Shown here: positions 25,112 through 26,347 of the stretch, piece after piece
How positions within the stretch are numbered: the stretch's first letter is position 1
Layout of the letters: each line of letters opens with the position of its first letter
Source of the DNA: Deltaproteobacteria bacterium
GTDB taxonomy: Bacteria; Bdellovibrionota_B; Oligoflexia; Oligoflexales; Bog-1112
Direction of reading: 5' to 3'
DNA length: 26,347 bases
Assembly (NCBI GenBank): GCA_023250635.1
Contig: JAHFAI010000037.1
Coordinates: 1 to 26,347 of the forward strand
Notes under the pieces: model-generated
Seen by the model: the letters and a program-made list of their open reading frames with translations, nothing else
Databases searched by the model: none
What the model was told of the DNA's origin: nothing
Position numbers and translations under genes: made by a program

Positions 25112-26335
25112 TCAGTTTTTACGGAGCTCGTCAGCTTTCCTCTTCTCAAGGGTTTTGGCACGCCACTTTTTAATGGTGGAGGCAGCCCGCCGTTCTCTGA
25201 GCTGTTCGTTGAAATCAATAAATGCGCGAATTACTTTTGGCGTGCTTTTATATTCCCGTTTTATATAGGCATAGATCAGGGCGCGGCGAACATTAAGGAC
25301 GCCCCGACCAAAAACGTGCGGATTAAAGCTCCATTCTATACTACCATCTGAGCTTTTTTTTGCATTGGCCTGCTTGCCTGGAGCGACCACGTGAATCGAG
25401 GTGTCATTCTGCTGAATCCAAAAATCTCTATCGGCTGATTCAAGCAGGCATTCCCGTAGCTCTTCAGGGGTAAAGGACGGAACGAGGGATTTGACCAGAG
25501 CGGCAGCGCCCGTGACCACAGGTGCCGCCATCGAAGTGCCTGATTTTTCTTCGAAGGGAGTAGGGCTACTATGGGATAATACATCGCTGCCAAGAGTCCA
25601 CAAAAAGTTCTCTTGTAGAGATGAATTTCCAGGAAAATTAGAGGAAGGGTTGATACTATTTCCTGCTTTAAGATTGCCAACGAGGATCAAGCGTCCTTTT
25701 GGGCCATAGGGAAGAGTGGTTAAATAATTTTGATCTTTATTGCGGGTTACATCACTTTTTGGAAGGTCAAAAGAAATTCCTTCATTGCCAGCGCTCTGGA
25801 CAACAAGCCTCCCACTCTTCAATATTTGCCGCAAAGAAGAGGGAATTACGTCCATATGAGCGGGACCAAACGATGCATTTACTATTTCAGCAGATCTGAA
25901 CTCGCTCGGCTCTTCTACTGAATCAAGGGGCGAGGCCGGATTAAAGTTAATATGTCCAATCCTTAGAGACGCATCAGGCGCCAGTTGTTGAACGATTCCG
26001 CTTACGTGTAAGCCGTGGCTATTTGTCACGGTACTTATCGCAACTAGGCTCTCAGGTTTAGCAAGCTTCTTGCTATCCTCAGAGGTGACCTCTTCAGCCA
26101 CAACTACGCTGACACCTTTTCCAGTTATTCCGATGCGATGGGCGGATTCTACTGCATTTGAAAATTGAGCTGCAGAACTTCTCGTTTTAAATGCGGTAAT
26201 TAAAGGACGGAAAGATTTTCTTTCCTCAGCCCTCTGTGCCAGAAAGAGTGAGACACTTGCCCCCCAATAAATTAGTGTAGGGCGGCAGGAGTTTGAGAAA
26301 TTGTTACCAAAACAGAAAAAAGACGATAAAAACAT
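25112..26335 (-). CDS. S8-family subtilisin-like serine peptidase with a basic C-terminal tail. Catalytic Asp position occupied by Glu
   Basis: 'NSHGLHVSGIV' (His box), 'VQSAGNEG' (oxyanion Asn) and 'GTSMAAPVVTGAAAL' (Ser box). The Asp-box equivalent reads 'GKGVSVVVAEEV'. AAAGG SD upstream. GC is much lower than in neighbouring genes. Confidence 0.8.
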   Translation of the reverse strand: MFLSSFFCFGNNFSNSCRPTLIYWGASVSLFLAQRAEERKSFRPLITAFKTRSSAAQFSNAVESAHRIGITGKGVSVVVAEEVTSEDSKKLAKPESLVAISTVTNSHGLHVSGIVQQLAPDASLRIGHINFNPASPLDSVEEPSEFRSAEIVNASFGPAHMDVIPSSLRQILKSGRLVVQSAGNEGISFDLPKSDVTRNKDQNYLTTLPYGPKGRLILVGNLKAGNSINPSSNFPGNSSLQENFLWTLGSDVLSHSSPTPFEEKSGTSMAAPVVTGAAALVKSLVPSFTPEELRECLLESADRDFWIQQNDTSIHVVAPGKQANAKKSSDGSIEWSFNPHVFGRGVLNVRRALIYAYIKREYKSTPKVIRAFIDFNEQLRERRAASTIKKWRAKTLEKRKADELRKN

Positions 26336-26347
26336 GGTCTTGCCTTT

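Noticed and set aside
1-26347. Search for tRNA/rRNA genes, CRISPR arrays, transposase or integrase genes and direct-repeat insertion boundaries
   Set aside because: No spaced identical direct-repeat arrays, no tRNA-like T-arm (GGTTCGAATCC-type) sequences in intergenic regions, and no transposase/integrase-like ORFs. The 12454-12571 inverted repeat has no associated transposase.

Overview
The window is a 26.3-kb bacterial chromosomal segment of roughly 52-58 % GC. It is densely coding and has no CRISPR, tRNA/rRNA, transposase or integrase signal. I recognise the following, in order:
- a 5'-truncated Hsp70-superfamily protein with a long C-terminal extension
- MqnD-like futalosine-pathway enzyme (minus strand)
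- RecJ
- a YegS/BmrU-type lipid kinase (minus)
- a putative outer-membrane beta-barrel protein
- AroQ and CinA/PncC (minus)
- a long respiratory operon: diheme cytochrome c4-like protein, a small unlisted ORF, cytochrome c oxidase subunits II, I, III, IV and a second subunit-III paralogue, then a highly structured intergenic region, a small CxxC/His-tail membrane protein and an SCO1/SenC copper chaperone
- convergent MiaB and Ffh
- an EamA/DMT transporter
- a small secreted Cys protein, an SPFH/stomatin protein and NfeD (minus)
- a tightly coupled five-gene operon: PhoD-like phosphatase, an SDR whose Tyr/Lys dyad appears replaced, an LLM flavin monooxygenase, an asparaginase-II-family protein and an aldehyde dehydrogenase
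- a low-GC S8 subtilase gene at the right edge (minus).
The most interesting spots are the structured intergenic region with a perfect 32-bp inverted repeat inside the cox/sco operon, the small CxxC...HHGH membrane protein translationally coupled to SCO1, the atypical SDR, and the compositionally foreign S8 peptidase whose catalytic Asp is replaced by Glu. All calls come from reading the sequence and the ORF translations. No database searches were run.
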